Source of the DNA: a virus | Lineage: Duplodnaviria > Caudoviricetes | Direction: 5' to 3' (one strand) | Virus record (IMG/VR): IMGVR_UViG_3300037590_000053 | Coordinates: 1 to 29,061 of that record | DNA length: 29,061 bases | Shown: positions 27,038 through 29,061 of the stretch, piece by piece | Numbering within the stretch: the first letter of the stretch is position 1 | Layout of the letters: every line of letters begins with the position of its first letter | Notes under the pieces: model-generated | Database searches by the model: none | What the model saw: only the letters and a program-made list of their open reading frames with translations | Told to the model about the DNA's origin: nothing | Translations under genes and position numbers: made by a program

Positions 27038-27760
27038 ATGACCCTCATCCCCGATTGGAAATCCACTCTCACCCGCGCCTGGTCGGTGCGGCTCTTGATC
27101 CTTGCGGCCCTGATCTCGGTGCTGCCGGTCTTTGTCTCGCTGGTCAGCCCGGATCTGCTGGGCCTCGATCCCCTGGTCTTTGCAGCCATCGCTGCCCTGG
27201 TGAACCTCATCGCCATCCCCGCGCGGATCCTGGTGCAGCCAACCTCCGGCCTGTGGTCCGCCTTCCGGCGCGATGAAAGCGGGGCGGTTCGTAAGAAAAC
27301 CCTCGGCGTGCTTGCTGCCGGAGGTTTGGCGCTGGCCTCGGCGGTCAGCTTCATTGGTGAATGGGAAGGTCTGCGGACAACTGCCTACCGCGATATCGTC
27401 GGCGTCTGGACCGTCTGCTTTGGCGAGACCAAGGGTGTCCGTCCCGGTGATAGCTACAGCAAGGCCGAATGTGACGCGAAGCTGGCGCGCGAGATCATCG
27501 CCTATGAGGCCGCGCTCGATCGATGCCTGACCTTTGATGTGCCCACTGGCATGAAGGTGGCCTTGGTGTCTTGGACCTACAATGTCGGCCCTGGTGCCGC
27601 CTGCCACTCTACCCTTGTGCGCAAGGCCAATGCGGGCGATCTCACCGGCGCTTGCAATGAGCTCCCACGCTGGAACCGTGCAGGGGGACGGGTAATCCGC
27701 GGCCTCACCAACCGGCGCATGTCAGAGCGCGCCATGTGCTTGAAGGCGCTCGAGGCGTGA
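27038..27760 (+). CDS. GH24 lysozyme endolysin fused to an N-terminal holin-like membrane domain
   Basis: ATG 27038 after GGAG; LIPDWK..L.RAWSVRL plus 2 TM segments, then K-K-hydrophobic SAR-like helix and EGLRTTAYRDIVGVWTVCFG (E-x8-D-x5-T), YNVG, GLTNRR..E. Confidence 0.88.
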   Translation: MTLIPDWKSTLTRAWSVRLLILAALISVLPVFVSLVSPDLLGLDPLVFAAIAALVNLIAIPARILVQPTSGLWSAFRRDESGAVRKKTLGVLAAGGLALASAVSFIGEWEGLRTTAYRDIVGVWTVCFGETKGVRPGDSYSKAECDAKLAREIIAYEAALDRCLTFDVPTGMKVALVSWTYNVGPGAACHSTLVRKANAGDLTGACNELPRWNRAGGRVIRGLTNRRMSERAMCLKALEA

Positions 27761-28032
27761 GAGGGACCACCGTTGTAGCAGCCCTTGCGTTGATCTCAGT
27801 GATCGCGGGCTTTGCCTATCAGCGCGGGGCTTTAGACTGTCGCGCCAGCTATCAGGCCCGCGTGCTCGAACAGATCGAGCGCGCCAACCGCCTCGATCGC
27901 GCCCGCATCGCCAGTGAGCGCGCCCGCGTCGCCCTCGCCAGAACCCTTGAGGAGAAAGCCCATGCGGATCCTATTGCCGTGCCTCGCTGCCTTGGCGTTG
28001 GCCGGGTGCGGCGGCTTAACCACCTCCGTTGA
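27757..28032 (+). CDS. Inner-membrane spanin (Rz-like)
   Basis: GTGA overlap with lysin stop; N-terminal TM, helical periplasmic part, C-terminal Cys. Confidence 0.7.
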   Translation: MRGTTVVAALALISVIAGFAYQRGALDCRASYQARVLEQIERANRLDRARIASERARVALARTLEEKAHADPIAVPRCLGVGRVRRLNHLR

Positions 28033-28186
28033 AACCGCAGATCCTTGTGAGGAGCCGGTGCTGCTGCCGGGGCGATGGCTGTCAGATCAGGAGGTCGAGC
28101 TCCTATGGGCACGGGATCGGCGCGCGCTACTGGATTGTGCTGGGAAGGTCGAGGTGCTCAGTGGGAGGGGGGGCAATACAGCTTGA
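27962..28186 (+). CDS. Outer-membrane lipoprotein spanin (Rz1-like)
   Basis: MRILLPCLAALALAG-C lipobox; overlaps Rz 3' end in another frame; Pro and Cys residues. Confidence 0.78.
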   Translation: MRILLPCLAALALAGCGGLTTSVETADPCEEPVLLPGRWLSDQEVELLWARDRRALLDCAGKVEVLSGRGGNTA

Positions 28187-28464
28187 AGCAGGTTTGTCGG
28201 AGACAGCGACAACGGTGCGGCTCAATCGGAGTGCGGACAACTGCAACTAAACTGAAGTTCGCGATCTACAGAACTCAAATGCTGCCACACCATAGTCTCG
28301 AACCTGCTGCCTGGGGATTTCAGAAGCGCTGAGATACGGCACAGGCGTGATGGCAACCTCCGGGTTCACCGAACGCTATTGCCAGAATCTTGTCAGTGTA
28401 AAGTGTTTGCGGAACACATGAGACGCGCTAACCTGAGGCGAAACACTTGTCTCGCTAGGTTCCG

Positions 28465-29061
28465 ATGTTTTTTCGATATATTTTTTTCTCTTTTCTGATC
28501 TTCGTTTCGAACACCGCATTTGCACAATCATGGTTCGTAACCGGCAACTCCGCTCAGGTATGTCCGTCTAATTCAGAAAAACCGTGTGCTAAGGTGACCT
28601 GCGATAGCGACGGCAGTCTGTACTTGTTTGTAGAAGAACAGGAATTGAGAGGCTCCGGTCGACGGCACATGGAAGTTCCAAGATATGGAACTATGTGGGT
28701 CGATCCGAACAACCCGGAAGACGACTATCTCAAGTTCAGTTTCGACGGACACACAGCGGACGCGCTCGGCTGGTTCAAGGCGGGTAGCAGTTTTTCTTTA
28801 TCGTCCGGGAGTTTCAAACGAATCTACTCTTTGAAAGGTAGTTCGAAAGCGATTAGCCAAGTCCAGGAGACGTGCAGCCGAATGGCGCGCGAGAATGCCC
28901 CTGCCCCTGATACATTTTCAGGAAGGCGTACTCGCTACTCTGACGAAGCCAGTATCGACTTTGAAATCGGAACCATTACTGAGGGCGAGTTCAAGCCCAC
29001 TGCACAAATGGACTTGCCAGGGTACGATCTTCGGAGTGGCCTTGATGACCCAGCGCTCAAC
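28465..29061 (+). CDS. Secreted protein, 3'-truncated by window end (possible IalB-like then PAN/apple domain)
   Basis: Frame open from ATG 28465 to the end; signal peptide MFFRYIFFSFLIFVSNTAFA-Q; YSLKGSSKAI and MDLPGYDL motifs; absent from the ORF track because it has no stop. Confidence 0.75.
   Translation, partial: MFFRYIFFSFLIFVSNTAFAQSWFVTGNSAQVCPSNSEKPCAKVTCDSDGSLYLFVEEQELRGSGRRHMEVPRYGTMWVDPNNPEDDYLKFSFDGHTADALGWFKAGSSFSLSSGSFKRIYSLKGSSKAISQVQETCSRMARENAPAPDTFSGRRTRYSDEASIDFEIGTITEGEFKPTAQMDLPGYDLRSGLDDPALN

Larger units (their letters stand above)
102..28186. mobile_element. Temperate siphovirus prophage (HK97-like head, lambda-like tail); right end not identified
   Basis: Integrase next to tRNA, then switch, replication, packaging, head, tail and lysis modules in canonical order; no second copy of the tRNA 3' end seen in the window. 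Confidence 0.95.

Overview
The window is almost entirely a temperate, HK97/lambda-like siphovirus prophage integrated at the 3' end of a tRNA-Ser(TGA) gene (12..101). The host is probably an alphaproteobacterium such as Rhodobacteraceae, inferred from GC content, gene content and an alpha-type LexA box. Gene order: tyrosine integrase and excisionase-like gene, leftward early genes, a switch region (short HTH repressor, Cro-like gene, five palindromic operators), replication genes with a phased iteron array and a DnaA box, a putative late regulator, a ~4.6 kb lower-GC cargo region, HNH/terminase/portal/protease/capsid, neck and tail genes with a lambda-type GGGAAAG -1 frameshift, a minimal tail tip, a lysis cassette (holin-like/lysozyme fusion plus overlapping spanins), and the start of a secreted protein that runs off the end. 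No attR copy was seen in the window. Highlights: (1) a 400-aa cargo protein with a PLAT/LH2-like N-terminus and an aerolysin/ETX-MTX2-like C-terminus, a candidate prophage-borne pore-forming toxin; (2) a LexA-box-controlled small gene convergent on a repressor that lacks a self-cleavage domain, a candidate SOS antirepressor/antisense switch; (3) a DUF262 + HEPN two-gene candidate anti-phage system; (4) cargo cassettes stacked behind diverged duplicates of the late-regulator 3' end. All family assignments are by eye from motifs; no database searches were run.
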